Shown here: piece by piece, positions 1 to 9,768 of the stretch | Layout: each line of letters starts with the position of its first letter | How positions within the stretch are numbered: the stretch's first letter is position 1 | Source: an uncultured archaeon | GTDB taxonomy: Archaea; Thermoproteota; Nitrososphaeria; Nitrososphaerales; Gagatemarchaeaceae | Direction: 5' to 3' | NCBI GenBank assembly: GCA_963799775.1 | Contig: CAWCYD010000002.1 | Location: 32,001-96,000 of the forward strand | Length of the DNA: 64,000 nt | Position numbers and translations under genes: made by a program | Notes under the pieces: model-generated | Databases searched by the model: none | What the model was told of the DNA's origin: nothing | What the model saw: the letters and a program-made list of their open reading frames with translations, nothing else

Positions 1-2
1 GC

Positions 3-434
3 TTCGCTGAGATTAAGATTCTCCGTGAAATCGACTCTGACCCGAAGGTAAACTCCGAAATCAAGATTCTCCACCCCTTCGGCGGGCGCGCGGAGTTTGG
101 TTTCAGGTGCGACGTCAATGCCGATGCGGACCCCGACTTGCGGTGCGACGCGCACCTCCTCCCGTTCAGGGATTGCACCTTTGATGTGGTGTTCCTTGAC
201 CCGCCATATAACGAGCAATACTCAAAAGCTCTCTATGCAGCCGGCAAGCCCAGGTTCAAGAAGTACACGGCCGAGAGTGTCCGGGTGTTGAAGCCGGAAG
301 GCTACATGGTGATGTATCACTACATGGCGACGCCGAGGATAGACGGCACCCGGCTTGTCAAGCGGATATTCATCGAGACCCGCCTCTGGCACAAACTCCG
401 AGTAGTCCATATCCACAGAAAGGAGAAGGCGTAA
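3..434 (+). CDS. small amino-(N6A/N4C) DNA methyltransferase-like protein, 5'-truncated by window edge
   Basis: Frame is open from base 3: ILHPFGG (motif I-like) ... FDVVFLDPPYN (DPPY catalytic motif); sits directly upstream of vsr/dcm. Confidence 0.7.
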   Translation, partial: FAEIKILREIDSDPKVNSEIKILHPFGGRAEFGFRCDVNADADPDLRCDAHLLPFRDCTFDVVFLDPPYNEQYSKALYAAGKPRFKKYTAESVRVLKPEGYMVMYHYMATPRIDGTRLVKRIFIETRLWHKLRVVHIHRKEKA

Positions 435-439
435 GAGCA

Positions 440-904
440 GTGAGGCGGGGAGGATACAGCACCGCCGTCGTTGGCCGCTCACCTCCCCCGACCTCGGAGG
501 CGGTGACGCGGGTGATGCGGTCAAACAAGAGCACGGGCACATCGCCGGAACTGGCGCTGGGGCGCCTGCTGAGAAAGAAGCCCGCGCGTTCGAGGTTACC
601 AGGGAGGCCAGACTTCGTCTACAGCAGGGCGAGGCTGGCCGTGTTCGTCCACGGGTGCTGGTGGCACAGATGCCCCGTGGAGGACTATCCTCTGCCAAAG
701 ACGCACACGGATTTCTGGCGTAGGAAGTTCGAGAGGAACGTCGAGAGAGACCGACTGAACGCAGGGGCGCTTAAAGCGATGGGCTGGAATGTTATCGTCG
801 TGTGGGAACACGAGGTCAAGCGAGACCCAAAGGGGACGGAGCGGAGAGTCAAGGGGCTCGCCGTTGAATTATTAAGCGAGCGCGAGGCCACCCGAGGCAA
901 CTGA
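440..904 (+). CDS. vsr: very short patch repair endonuclease Vsr
   Basis: MRSNKSTGTSPE, LPGRPDFV, AVFVHGCWWHRCP, FWRRKFERNVERD, GWNVIVVWEHE; adjacent to a C5 MTase. Confidence 0.92.
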   Translation: MRRGGYSTAVVGRSPPPTSEAVTRVMRSNKSTGTSPELALGRLLRKKPARSRLPGRPDFVYSRARLAVFVHGCWWHRCPVEDYPLPKTHTDFWRRKFERNVERDRLNAGALKAMGWNVIVVWEHEVKRDPKGTERRVKGLAVELLSEREATRGN

Positions 905-906
905 CA

Positions 907-2212
907 ATGGCCAAGCCGCGAGAGTTCGAAGCGTTTTCCCTCTTCTCAGGGGCGGCAGGTCTCGACTACGGCCTAGAGACGGCGGGCAGGCTCCTAGGCG
1001 ACGACCTCGGCCCTGTTTCGGCGCGGTTCCGGATACGCGGCTATGTCGAGTCCGAACCCGTAATGCAGGAGACCCTCCGGCTGAACATCGCCAGAGGGGT
1101 GCTGAGCCCGGGGAAGGTCTACGGCGACATAGCTGAGATCGCAGACCCGCGGGGGGTCGTCGAGGAGTGTGGCGTTCGAGGCGAGCTCCCCCTCCTCTGC
1201 GGAGGGCCTCCCTGCCAGCCGTTCAGCACCGCGGGGCGCAGGGGGACTGTCCAGGATCCGCGCGGCTCGGTGATTTGGGAGTTCGTGCGATTCGTCCGTG
1301 AGGTCCAGACCCCAGTTCTTCCTGATGGAGAACGTGCGCGGCCTCATCTCGGCGGCCGTTCGCCACAGACCCATAAAGCAGCGGGGTAGGGGCAACCCGC
1401 CGCTGGCGCCAGAGGAGGAGCCCGGTTCCGTGTTGCGGTTGCTGCTCGCTGACTTCGAGGCCCTGGGATACCACGTCGACGTGTTCGAGGTGAACGCCGT
1501 GAACTACGGCGCGCCCCAGTTGAGGGAGCGAGTCCTGCTCATGGGCAACAAGTATAACATGACCCTGGACTTCCCAGCCCCCGCATACGGGAAAGCCGGC
1601 ACTCTCCTACGGCGGTGGCGGACGCTGGGCGAGGCGCTAGAGGGCCTCAAGGACGGAGCGGGAGAGGTGCTCGACTTCTCGCCGCGCAAGAAGAGGTATC
1701 TCGCCATGATACCGCAGGGTGGGAACTGGAGGTCGATGCCCGTCGCCACGCAGAAGGAGTCCATGGGCTCCGCCTGGTATGCCAAGGGCGGCCGGTCGGG
1801 CTGGTGGCGCAGGCTGTCCTTCGACCTCCCAAGCCCGTGCCTCGTCACGATGCCGAACCACTCCGGGACGGCCCTCTGTCACCCGACGGAGGTCAGGGCG
1901 CTGAGCCTCAAGGAATACCTGAGGGTGCAGGAGTTACCCGACGACTGGGAAGTGGCGGGAACCCTGGCGGAGCGATACAAGCAGGTCGGGAACGCCGTGC
2001 CGGTAAGGCTCGGCGAGGTGGCAGGAAAGGTCATAGGTGACGCGCTCGCGAGCCTCGGCGACGTGGAGGAGGTCAGGCCAGGCCGGAAGGTGGTCCCTAG
2101 CGCGAAGGTCTACGTGACTTCGCACGTGAGGACGCGCCGCTGGTATGAGAACGGCAAGGCCGTCGTGAGGACTGCGCCCCAAGCCCCGCCCGTCGCGGGG
2201 CTGGCAACCTGA
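907..2212 (+). CDS. dcm: DNA (cytosine-5)-methyltransferase, frameshift near 1305
   Basis: SLFSGAAGL (motif I), GGPPCQPFS (IV), ENVRGL (VI), PQLRER (VIII), YKQVGNAVP (X), split across ORFs 907-1389 and 1298-2212. Confidence 0.92.
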
Positions 2213-3294
2213 GCGCTTCCAGAGCGAGGGCGAGCATCGAGCAGAAGGCACAAGAAGACTTCTACGCAAGGGTAAAGAAGGCCGCGCCTTTCGACCCTGC
2301 TGAGTTCGCCTCCCTTCTCCAACGGCTCGACGAGCGGAGGGTTAGGGATATCGCGGAACGACTCTCAAGGTATCTGGAGGCCAAACTGCCCGCGACCGTA
2401 AGACGCAGGGATGGCCTGAAGGACTACAAGCTCAACCCATACGTGCTGCTCACCTCTGCCGCGACTCGCAGGCTCAACGAGCCGCGGCGGTTCGCGTCAT
2501 TCATCTTCGACGCGAAGTTCTACGCCGGTCTGGAGACCTCGTTCGGCAAGTCCATAGAGTCGGAGCTGTTGGCGCTGTATGAGTGGAAGAAGCCGGAGGA
2601 AAAGACCGCAGAGGAGAATTCGCTGAAGGGGCTGCCAAGGGTCGAGAAGGCCAGGAGGCGCGTCAACTCCGTGTGGAGAGAGGTGGACAGCAGCCGGATG
2701 GTGGGGAACAGGCGCTTCTTCCTCACGGTGAAGTCGGGCCCCAACTGCATAAACGACACTCAGGTCGACAACATGCAGGAAGCCATCGCCAAGCACCATT
2801 TGACATGGCTTGACCAGACCCGAAGGTCTCTTCCGGACGTTCGAGGCATAGACGTGGTTGTCGGGCTGACATACGGAACCACGACAACCACGAACAACAA
2901 GGAGAACCAAATACTCGTCAAGCTCTTGGAGCATGGGTTCAGGGAGACCAAGGAAAACGGGGTGCTCGTCTCAGGCAAGAACGATGCTGTAAGGGTCTAC
3001 CGCCGCATCGGGCGGGACTTCTGGGCACTAGTGGGCTCTCCGGCTGCGCCCGCGAGGGGCGGGCACACGTTCCTTGAGGTTCTATTGGGCCTCGCGCTTG
3101 CGTTGAAGCAGGGGAGCCTAACGGAGACCATGGAGAAGATGGTGGACCACAAGATAGACGAGCTGGCAGTGGCAATCTCCTCCCTAAAGCTCGAGGGGCA
3201 ACGGCTGCCCGACTGGGTATCCCAGACCTTCGGGGCACAAGAGCTGAGCGTTTTCATCGACGCGGTCTCCTCGTTCTACGACGGCGGCCTTTAG
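2209..3294 (+). CDS. type II restriction endonuclease (EcoO109I/PmeII-like)
   Basis: NPY...LETSFGKSIE...EVD...TVKSGPNCIN; frame is open back to a CTG overlapping the dcm stop (CTGA); cognate position after the MTase. Confidence 0.65.
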   Translation: MSASRARASIEQKAQEDFYARVKKAAPFDPAEFASLLQRLDERRVRDIAERLSRYLEAKLPATVRRRDGLKDYKLNPYVLLTSAATRRLNEPRRFASFIFDAKFYAGLETSFGKSIESELLALYEWKKPEEKTAEENSLKGLPRVEKARRRVNSVWREVDSSRMVGNRRFFLTVKSGPNCINDTQVDNMQEAIAKHHLTWLDQTRRSLPDVRGIDVVVGLTYGTTTTTNNKENQILVKLLEHGFRETKENGVLVSGKNDAVRVYRRIGRDFWALVGSPAAPARGGHTFLEVLLGLALALKQGSLTETMEKMVDHKIDELAVAISSLKLEGQRLPDWVSQTFGAQELSVFIDAVSSFYDGGL

Positions 3295-3315
3295 TCCATC
3301 CTGGATGGGCTTTTT
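3294..3315 (+). terminator. hairpin plus T-tract terminator
   Basis: GTCCATC-CTG-GATGGGC followed by TTTTT right after the REase stop. Confidence 0.5.
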
Positions 3316-3366
3316 GTGGTTAAGGAGGGATGGCCCTGGACACCGAATCTTGCCGGCGGAAGGCAA

Positions 3367-3660
3367 CTATACTGCGACAAGCAACCAGGCACTGAACACG
3401 AGGAGTAGGAACGCCACTATCGCGACAGAAATCGACGGGGCGCCGCGGATTTCTTCCCAACCCTGCCACAGGCCGTAGAGCGAGAGCGCGAGGAACCCCA
3501 GATCCAGAAGGACCGCAACGGCGGGGAAGAGCGCGTCGAGGAACACCTGGACGCAGAACCAAGCGACGAACGACTTCATCGCCTCCGGAATGCCGGTGAG
3601 CACCCCGTTCAAGACGGTGTCAATCCCGTCGAAGAAGTCGTCGATGACCGACATGGGCAA
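3367..3660 (-). CDS. small membrane protein
   Basis: 97-aa ORF with 2-3 hydrophobic segments. Confidence 0.55.
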   Translation of the reverse strand: MPMSVIDDFFDGIDTVLNGVLTGIPEAMKSFVAWFCVQVFLDALFPAVAVLLDLGFLALSLYGLWQGWEEIRGAPSISVAIVAFLLLVFSAWLLVAV

Positions 3661-3763
3661 ACGTGGTGCAGGGTACTAAAAAAAATTTTTGCGCCGAGTC
3701 AAGGCTCTTTTGGCGCAATGACGTTGGTATTCGAGATTCCCGCAAGGATTTAAGATTCGCATC

Positions 3764-5083
3764 GTGAAAGGAAGGGCGGTGTCAACCAGTCAAGCGACGT
3801 TGCGCGAAGAGACTGCCGATGAGATGCTCCAGCTAATCGAACGAAGGAAGACAACCTATGGCAAGGCGAAGATGACCTCTGCCTTAGTGAAGGTGGGCGG
3901 AAGCTGGGAGAATTACCTCACTAGGTTTGTCGTCCTCTCTTCCGAGGATGCCAAGCAATACCAGAGGACGATGAACTACGGGGATCTCTTGCTGAAGGAG
4001 ACCGTCGTTGACATCCCGAAAGTCGAGTCGATGTTGCAGTTGTTATCACATGGGAATCAACTCACACTTCCTGGGTTGGATGCACGACCGATTGATGGTG
4101 ACCTCCAGAGATACCCCGCATCGCCGTCCTATTATCAGCCCAGCAATGATCCAGGATTCAATCTTGAATGGCCGGGCAATGTATTCGTGGTCGCGCCGAA
4201 ATCCAACCGGCAGGTTCAGCTTCCTAATGGTCCAACCTGCGCCATAGACGAGCCGCTTTACGATTCCGGGAATGCCGCGGTGAATGATTTCTTTGGATTC
4301 CTCGCGAGCAACGTCCCCTGGAGGGGATCTGCGATATTCATGCTTCCAAACTACAAAGCCAAGATAACCCAAATCAAGCTCGGCTCCACGAGAATTACGG
4401 TCACTTTTGCTCTCGGGAAGGACTCGCGCTACTCTGACCTGCTGGCGAAAATGTATCTTGAGTCCGCCCAAGGCATTGCGCAGAGAGACTTCGAACCGAA
4501 GGAAGGGGAGAACGTGATTCCCATAGGCATCGCGCCGCACCTGTACGTAATCTATCTGTTCTCGAAGGCCGGGGGAGAGGTTGTGGATTTCCGGCGCTTT
4601 GGAGCTGGATGGACCAACCTGAGAGACGTGGTGATTGAAACAACTCCCGACAACATCGAGCAGATAATCAGCCGCGGCGAAAATAACCGCGTTGAGTTCA
4701 AACTGGCAATTCCCAAGAAATGGGAAGACTTCGCAGAAACAGCAGTCTCGATGTCAAACTCCAGCGGAGGGATTATTTTCCTGGGAGTGGACGACGACAC
4801 TACTGTCGTGGGCGTCGACGATCCGAAAATCGTTGACACCATAACTGATGCGCTAAGGAATCTCAGCGACCCGTGGATTAATCCGAAGATAACCACCCAG
4901 GTGGTTCAGGGCAAGACCGTAGCGGTCGTTGAAATCAGTCAGGGGACGAGAAAGCCGTACGTATTGAGGGCTAGAGGCCCGATGGTTCGGATTGGCGCGA
5001 CCGATAGAATCGCGACGCGGGATGAAATAGTCGCTCTCGCAACGAATCAGAGTCCGTGGACCTCAGCACCTGGAGTCGTCTGA
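3764..5083 (+). CDS. Schlafen/AlbA_2 domain protein with uncharacterised N-terminal region
   Basis: C-terminal GENNRVEFK...AETAVSMSNSSGGIIFLGVDDD...KPY...RIGATDR is the AlbA_2 signature. Confidence 0.8.
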   Translation: MKGRAVSTSQATLREETADEMLQLIERRKTTYGKAKMTSALVKVGGSWENYLTRFVVLSSEDAKQYQRTMNYGDLLLKETVVDIPKVESMLQLLSHGNQLTLPGLDARPIDGDLQRYPASPSYYQPSNDPGFNLEWPGNVFVVAPKSNRQVQLPNGPTCAIDEPLYDSGNAAVNDFFGFLASNVPWRGSAIFMLPNYKAKITQIKLGSTRITVTFALGKDSRYSDLLAKMYLESAQGIAQRDFEPKEGENVIPIGIAPHLYVIYLFSKAGGEVVDFRRFGAGWTNLRDVVIETTPDNIEQIISRGENNRVEFKLAIPKKWEDFAETAVSMSNSSGGIIFLGVDDDTTVVGVDDPKIVDTITDALRNLSDPWINPKITTQVVQGKTVAVVEISQGTRKPYVLRARGPMVRIGATDRIATRDEIVALATNQSPWTSAPGVV

Positions 5084-5090
5084 GAGCAAC

Positions 5091-5615
5091 TCAATCTTCG
5101 AAGCACGGCCCAAGACTCGACCATGACTCTTCTGACCATTCCACGTCCGGGCGGTCCTTGTATCTCACTGCTACGTGGAATCTTATGAAGATTCCGAATC
5201 GGTAGCCCAACTCCTTTTGATAGTTTGAAATCTTCCGCTTGTCGCACTTTCCTTCGCTTTCGGGATTCGTGTCCTTCTTCGCCTCTATGATTAGGAAATT
5301 GTTCTTGGTTCCTCTTTCATGGACGACTATGTCGGGATAGACGGTCTCGCCAAGGTCGTCATCAGATGATACACTTTTGGGCTTCAGATGGAGTCTCTTT
5401 GTTTCATATTCATCTCTGTTGTACTCGCAATCGACATCCCAATCATGGAAATACTCCTCGAGATGGATGGCGAACTTGTGGGTTATCGATCGCTCGTTGG
5501 CGTCCTTCTCAAGAAGCTTCCAGTCGTTCTCGCGAAACTTGACCCACGCGCCTTCAATTGCCCGCTCGACATACCCTTTGTCATGGTCGGTCGGCACAGC
5601 ATTTCGTCTTTTCAT
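5091..5615 (-). CDS. PD-(D/E)XK-like nuclease, hypothetical
   Basis: NERSITHKFA...VDCEYNR...YPDIVVH...LIIEAKK. Confidence 0.6.
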   Translation of the reverse strand: MKRRNAVPTDHDKGYVERAIEGAWVKFRENDWKLLEKDANERSITHKFAIHLEEYFHDWDVDCEYNRDEYETKRLHLKPKSVSSDDDLGETVYPDIVVHERGTKNNFLIIEAKKDTNPESEGKCDKRKISNYQKELGYRFGIFIRFHVAVRYKDRPDVEWSEESWSSLGPCFED

Positions 5616-5755
5616 AGACCGTCAAACGGACCATTAAGCTTTGGCATTGAAGGCATACGTGCCAAAGATGAGGTGGCCTGAACCGCGCGGAGGGGCCGGT
5701 GCATTTCAGCTCGTAACTGGCCGAGACCTCTGCGTCAACGTTCGAAGAAGAAAAA

Positions 5756-5825
5756 TGGGGAGGGTGCCCGCTACGGTTCCGCCGCGGGCCCTGCCGGGCC
5801 CGAACCCAGGTACAGCTTCGCTCCC
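5756..5825 (-). ncRNA. candidate structured small RNA (70 nt)
   Basis: GC-rich island; ends pair (GGGAG/CTCCC); internal GGTTC/GAACC and CGGGCCC-GGCA-GGGCCCG stems; TTAAG ~30 nt upstream; ends CCA followed by TTTTTCTTCTT. Confidence 0.4.
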
Positions 5826-5942
5826 GAAAGCCTAAATCTCTTCGATGAATCTTAACCCTAGATGGGATATTCAAACCTGCTCGAGTGGCTTAAACCGTTA
5901 AAATATTCCAGCACGAAACGGCTTTACGGGTCTTTTTTGCTT

Positions 5943-6013
5943 GACAGGTAGAAGTTATCTTCTACCTCTACTTCGACATTTAGACGATATGTAGAAGTCA
6001 ACTTCTACATATC
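5943..6013. repeat. double-palindrome dispersed element, copy 1
   Basis: GACAGGTAGAA-GTTATC-TTCTACCT...CTTCGACATTTAG..GATATGTAGAA-GTCAAC-TTCTACATATC. Confidence 0.9.
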
Positions 6014-6235
6014 CGCACCTGAATTTCCTCGCTGGAATCAGGGAAATCGACGGTTGTTCAGCCGAGGCCCTAACGTCTCCGGAGCGGCAGAACTGAAGGG
6101 GTGTCACCGCATCATGCCTAGTTCGAATCGATTCATCTTGCTCTAGTGTTGACGAACTAGACAAGAGTTTCGGAGCGACCTAGAAAGCGAATAAATTCAA
6201 TCTGGCATGGAGGAGATAAAAATCCCTGGTCTTTC

Positions 6236-6478
6236 TCATCCCAAACTTTTTTTGGCGGTTGCCTGAATTTCGGGAATCTTTGGCTTGACATAAAGCTCCA
6301 AGGCCCTCTTCAAGTTCAAGAATTCCACTCCAACAAGCCGTTCGTTCTCACCGTAATCGAATAGGACATCCAATGAATCCACTTTCCCTTCTCGGGTCTT
6401 CTTCACGTGTCCAGCGCTCAATTTGATATAAGCTGCATTGGCATCCACATCAAACTCGACTTTGGGCGTCTTGTCCAT
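6236..6478 (-). CDS. DUF2283-type antitoxin-like protein
   Basis: FDVDANAAYIKL...DVLFDYGENERLVGVEFLN. Confidence 0.8.
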   Translation of the reverse strand: MDKTPKVEFDVDANAAYIKLSAGHVKKTREGKVDSLDVLFDYGENERLVGVEFLNLKRALELYVKPKIPEIQATAKKSLG

Positions 6479-6485
6479 AGCTAAA

Positions 6486-6698
6486 TCATTGGTAATACGC
6501 AGTCTTCACCTTAAAATCATTTCCTCGGCGATAAGCAATCACCACTAGAATCTTGTTACCGAAGTGACGCTCGAATGCCCATTTGTCGGGTTCGTCATAC
6601 AACCTGGTTGAGCTCGTCGGCCGCTTGAGAGCTCGCAGAACTTCGGATTTCGAGATTCGTCTCTTACCCATCCTGTCCTCCGCATGTTTCGTATACAC
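6486..6698 (-). CDS. DUF4258 / RelE-like toxin
   Basis: YTKHAEDRMGKRRIS...EV...L...VKTAY; paired with DUF2283; true start may lie slightly upstream. Confidence 0.8.
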   Translation of the reverse strand: MYTKHAEDRMGKRRISKSEVLRALKRPTSSTRLYDEPDKWAFERHFGNKILVVIAYRRGNDFKVKTAYYQ

Positions 6699-6944
6699 TA
6701 CGTTGGAAGCGGAGTGACTCGCGTTCTCAGCCTGTTCTTCAATAATCGGAACACTAGATAACCTATGGTGCTCTTGTCAGACTTGTCGGATCATTTTCTC
6801 AAGCTGGAACGCAAACTGTTTCAGTACCCCCAATCTCTCCGCACCTTGGTGGCGAATGTGATGACTCGCTGGGTACTCGACTATCGCAATTGCGTCGATG
6901 ATCTTCCGCGACGTGTTTGAGCTAGGAGATGCCGGATTGGGCAT

Positions 6945-7015
6945 GATAGGTGGCAGTTAACTTCTACCTGAACTTCGACATTTAGATGATATGTAGAAGT
7001 TGACTTCCACATATC
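6945..7015. repeat. double-palindrome dispersed element, copy 2
   Basis: GATAGGTGGCA-GTTAAC-TTCTACCTGAACTTCGACATTTAGAT-GATATGTAGAA-GTTGAC-TTCCACATATC. Confidence 0.9.
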
Positions 7016-7085
7016 GCCTGGCCCCCTGGGAACCGAAAAGGTTAGGGTTCGGCGAAGCGCTAGCGATTGGCGTAGCTTCTTCGTG

Positions 7086-8534
7086 CTAGGGCTTCAAAGG
7101 CAAGTCCTTAGGCCCGCCTCTGAGAGAGAGCGAGGTGGCGACGCCGACGCCGGCGAAGACCGCCGCAGCTAGAAAGGCGTACCGAAACGCGGTGACGACC
7201 TCGGCGCTAGGTGCCGCGACTCCCATGCCCAGGGTCACCAAGCCTATGACCGAGACGGCAACGGCTAGGCCGATGGGCCCTCCTACCTGCCTCGACGTAT
7301 TGATAAGCCCAGAAGCAATCCCCTCTTCCCCGGGCTTGGCAGCCGAGAGCCCAACGATGCTCGATGCCGTCGAAGCGATGGAAGAACCCACAACGGCAAT
7401 GAGCTGTGCTGGGAGGATCACCGTGAAGTAGTTCGAGGTCAACGAAATCTGGGTGAAGAGGAGCATCCCGGCCGTGAATGTCGCCATCGCTCCAATCATG
7501 ACGTCCTTGGCCCCCACCCGCCTAACCAGCCTCGGCGCCGCGAACCCGCCCAAGAATGCGTAGAGAAGCGAACCGGGCAAGAGCGCCGCTCCCGCGTAGA
7601 TGGGCGAGTAGGAGCGCAAGACCTGCAGATAGGTGGTAATGACGAACACCATCAGGACCATGCAGGCAAAGACAATCAGCATGGTAGCGTTGGCAAAGAA
7701 GATCTTCCTGCGCCTGAGGAACCCCAACGGCATCAGCGGTGCGGGGGAGAAGTGCTCAAGAGCGATGAAACAGGCGAGGACTCCGGCAGCGAGGGCGAAG
7801 ACCAGGTAGGTCGTGTAGGAAGGGTCCCCGTTGCCGACGCCCGTCAAGGCGTAGACCAATAGCATCAGCCCCCCTGTTACAGAGACCGCTCCAGGCAGAT
7901 CGAGGGTCGCGTGCTTCCTCTCCTGTCCCCTCGGGTCCGGGACGAATCTGATCGCGAGTAGGGCTATCAAGACACCTATGGGGACGTTGACGAAGAATAT
8001 CCACCTCCAGCCGAGCTCCTGGGTCAGGACTCCGCCCAGCACGATTCCGGCCGAGAACCCCGATGCGGCGACCGCGGTGAAGATGCCCAGGACCTGGTTC
8101 AGCCTTCCCAGGGGCGCGAATATCCTGACTATCATGGCCAGTCCCGTGGCCGAACAGAGGGCCGCACCGATGCCCTGCACGACCCTGGCGGCTATCAGGA
8201 TCTGCTCTGACGGTGCAAGTCCACCCGCGAGAGATGAGAGAGAGAAGACGACCAACCCGACCATGAACAGCGTCTTTCGGCCATACAGGTCCGAGGCGCG
8301 GCCGCTCAGCAAGAGCAGGCCTGCGAACGTGAGGCCGTAGGCGCTGACTATCCACTGGAGGTCAGGCAGAGACATCTGGAGGTCAGTCCGTATGGTTGGC
8401 AGAGCTATCTGGACGATTGAGAAGTCTAGCACAACCATGAACTGCGCAGTAACTAGGAGTCCCAGAACTAGTCCAAGCCGTCGCGGAGGACTATTTGCGG
8501 GAGGTTCCTCAGAGGGCAAAAAATCTCGAACCAC
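7086..8534 (-). CDS. MFS drug-efflux transporter (DHA2/EmrB-like)
   Basis: QFMVVLDFSIVQIALPTI, GRASDLYGRK, WRWIFFVNVPIG; ~14 hydrophobic segments. Confidence 0.92.
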   Translation of the reverse strand: MVRDFLPSEEPPANSPPRRLGLVLGLLVTAQFMVVLDFSIVQIALPTIRTDLQMSLPDLQWIVSAYGLTFAGLLLLSGRASDLYGRKTLFMVGLVVFSLSSLAGGLAPSEQILIAARVVQGIGAALCSATGLAMIVRIFAPLGRLNQVLGIFTAVAASGFSAGIVLGGVLTQELGWRWIFFVNVPIGVLIALLAIRFVPDPRGQERKHATLDLPGAVSVTGGLMLLVYALTGVGNGDPSYTTYLVFALAAGVLACFIALEHFSPAPLMPLGFLRRRKIFFANATMLIVFACMVLMVFVITTYLQVLRSYSPIYAGAALLPGSLLYAFLGGFAAPRLVRRVGAKDVMIGAMATFTAGMLLFTQISLTSNYFTVILPAQLIAVVGSSIASTASSIVGLSAAKPGEEGIASGLINTSRQVGGPIGLAVAVSVIGLVTLGMGVAAPSAEVVTAFRYAFLAAAVFAGVGVATSLSLRGGPKDLPLKP

Positions 8535-8585
8535 AGGCGCTATACTTAGTATAGTTTATAAATCGATAAGGGAGAGAAAGTATAG

Positions 8586-9044
8586 TTGGAATACATCCAA
8601 GGCGAGCGGGAACGGGGTTCAGACGAGAGCGCCCTGCTCCCGTCTGCGAGTTTCAACCATTGCCCGATAACCATTTCCGCCGGGCTGCTCGGGAAGAAGT
8701 GGACGATGCTGATCCTTCGGGACATAGGGATGCGCAACATCCAGCGCTTCAACCGCCTCCTCCAATCGGTGCGGGGCATCACCCCCCGCGTGCTTTCGCA
8801 GCGCCTCAAGGAGCTCAATCAGGAGGGATACATCGAGTGCGTCGAGGAGCGGTCCCCCACTGTGGTCCGATGGACCCTGACCGAGAAGGGAAGGGACACG
8901 CTTCCAATCCTCATGAGCTTCATAGCCTTCGGCTCGAAGTGGTATGCCGACCAGGTCTTCCATGACAAGAAGCCAAGGACTCTCAGCAACCTCTTCCCGA
9001 CTCCTCAGGCTAGGGAAGTCATGGAAAGGTTCACCCGGCCCTAG
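8586..9044 (+). CDS. HxlR-family winged-helix regulator
   Basis: CPI...LLGKKWTMLILRD...RFNRL...GITPRVLSQRLKEL...LTEKG; divergent from the MFS gene. Confidence 0.88.
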   Translation: MEYIQGERERGSDESALLPSASFNHCPITISAGLLGKKWTMLILRDIGMRNIQRFNRLLQSVRGITPRVLSQRLKELNQEGYIECVEERSPTVVRWTLTEKGRDTLPILMSFIAFGSKWYADQVFHDKKPRTLSNLFPTPQAREVMERFTRP

Positions 9045-9147
9045 CGAGCCCATAGTTCCCATCGTGAACGTTTCGCCATTTTGGAATACCACAACCATGA
9101 AGGCAAATGGCAAGAGTTATATGCTAACTAAATCACTTAGTGACCAA

Positions 9148-9375
9148 ATGGCAACGGTCAAAGTGGACGAAAAGACATACGCCGAGCTGAATCGTATCGC
9201 AGGGTACCTCAGAGCGGCAAGAGGGAGGCCGGTGCCGATAGACGAGGTCATTCGGGAACTCCTCAGCAAGAAAAGGGCTTCGGAATTCATCGGATCGTGG
9301 AAGATGAGCGACGAGGAAGAGAGGCGAGTCTTCGGCGAACTGCATGAGGCGTGGAAGAAATGGAAACAAGCCTAG
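9148..9375 (+). CDS. antitoxin (VapB-like)
   Basis: MATVKVDEKTYAEL...DEVIRELL...FIGSW; overlaps the start of a PIN toxin. Confidence 0.7.
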   Translation: MATVKVDEKTYAELNRIAGYLRAARGRPVPIDEVIRELLSKKRASEFIGSWKMSDEEERRVFGELHEAWKKWKQA

Positions 9376-9768
9376 TCCTGGACACCGATGTCCTCGTCTC
9401 TGACCTTCGGGGCATGGACCTCCATTCTGAAGGAACTAGAAGGCAAAGATCCAGCCACGACCGTGGTTAATGCCTTTGAGTTGTTCCACGGCGCCTACAA
9501 GTCAAAGCAGTCTTCTGCAAATCTGTCCGCCACTCGGGGCCTCCTTGGGAGCCTGAGACTCGTCGACTTGAGCGTGAAGGCTGCCGAGAGAGCTGGAGAA
9601 GTGCTGGCTCAGGCACAAAAGTCCGGACAAAATATCGAAATCCGAGACCTCCTGATTGGGTGCATCGCGAGAGAGGAAGGGCTGTCGCTGCTCACGCACA
9701 ACGTCAAGCACTTTCAAAAGATTCCGGGTTTGACGGTAGTAGATGCTGCCCGGTACGCTGATAGGTAG
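9360..9768 (+). CDS. vapC: PIN-domain toxin VapC, frameshift near 9420
   Basis: METSLVLDTDVLV ... TTVVNAFELFHG ... DLLIGCIA ... LLTHNVKHF. Confidence 0.85.

Noticed and set aside
5756-5825. Canonical tRNA
   Set aside because: No proper T-loop at the right position, no 7-nt anticodon loop, and a mismatch in the acceptor-like stem; kept only as an ncRNA candidate.
6777-6944. 55-codon minus-strand ORF starting next to repeat copy 2
   Set aside because: No recognisable motif; cannot be supported as a gene.
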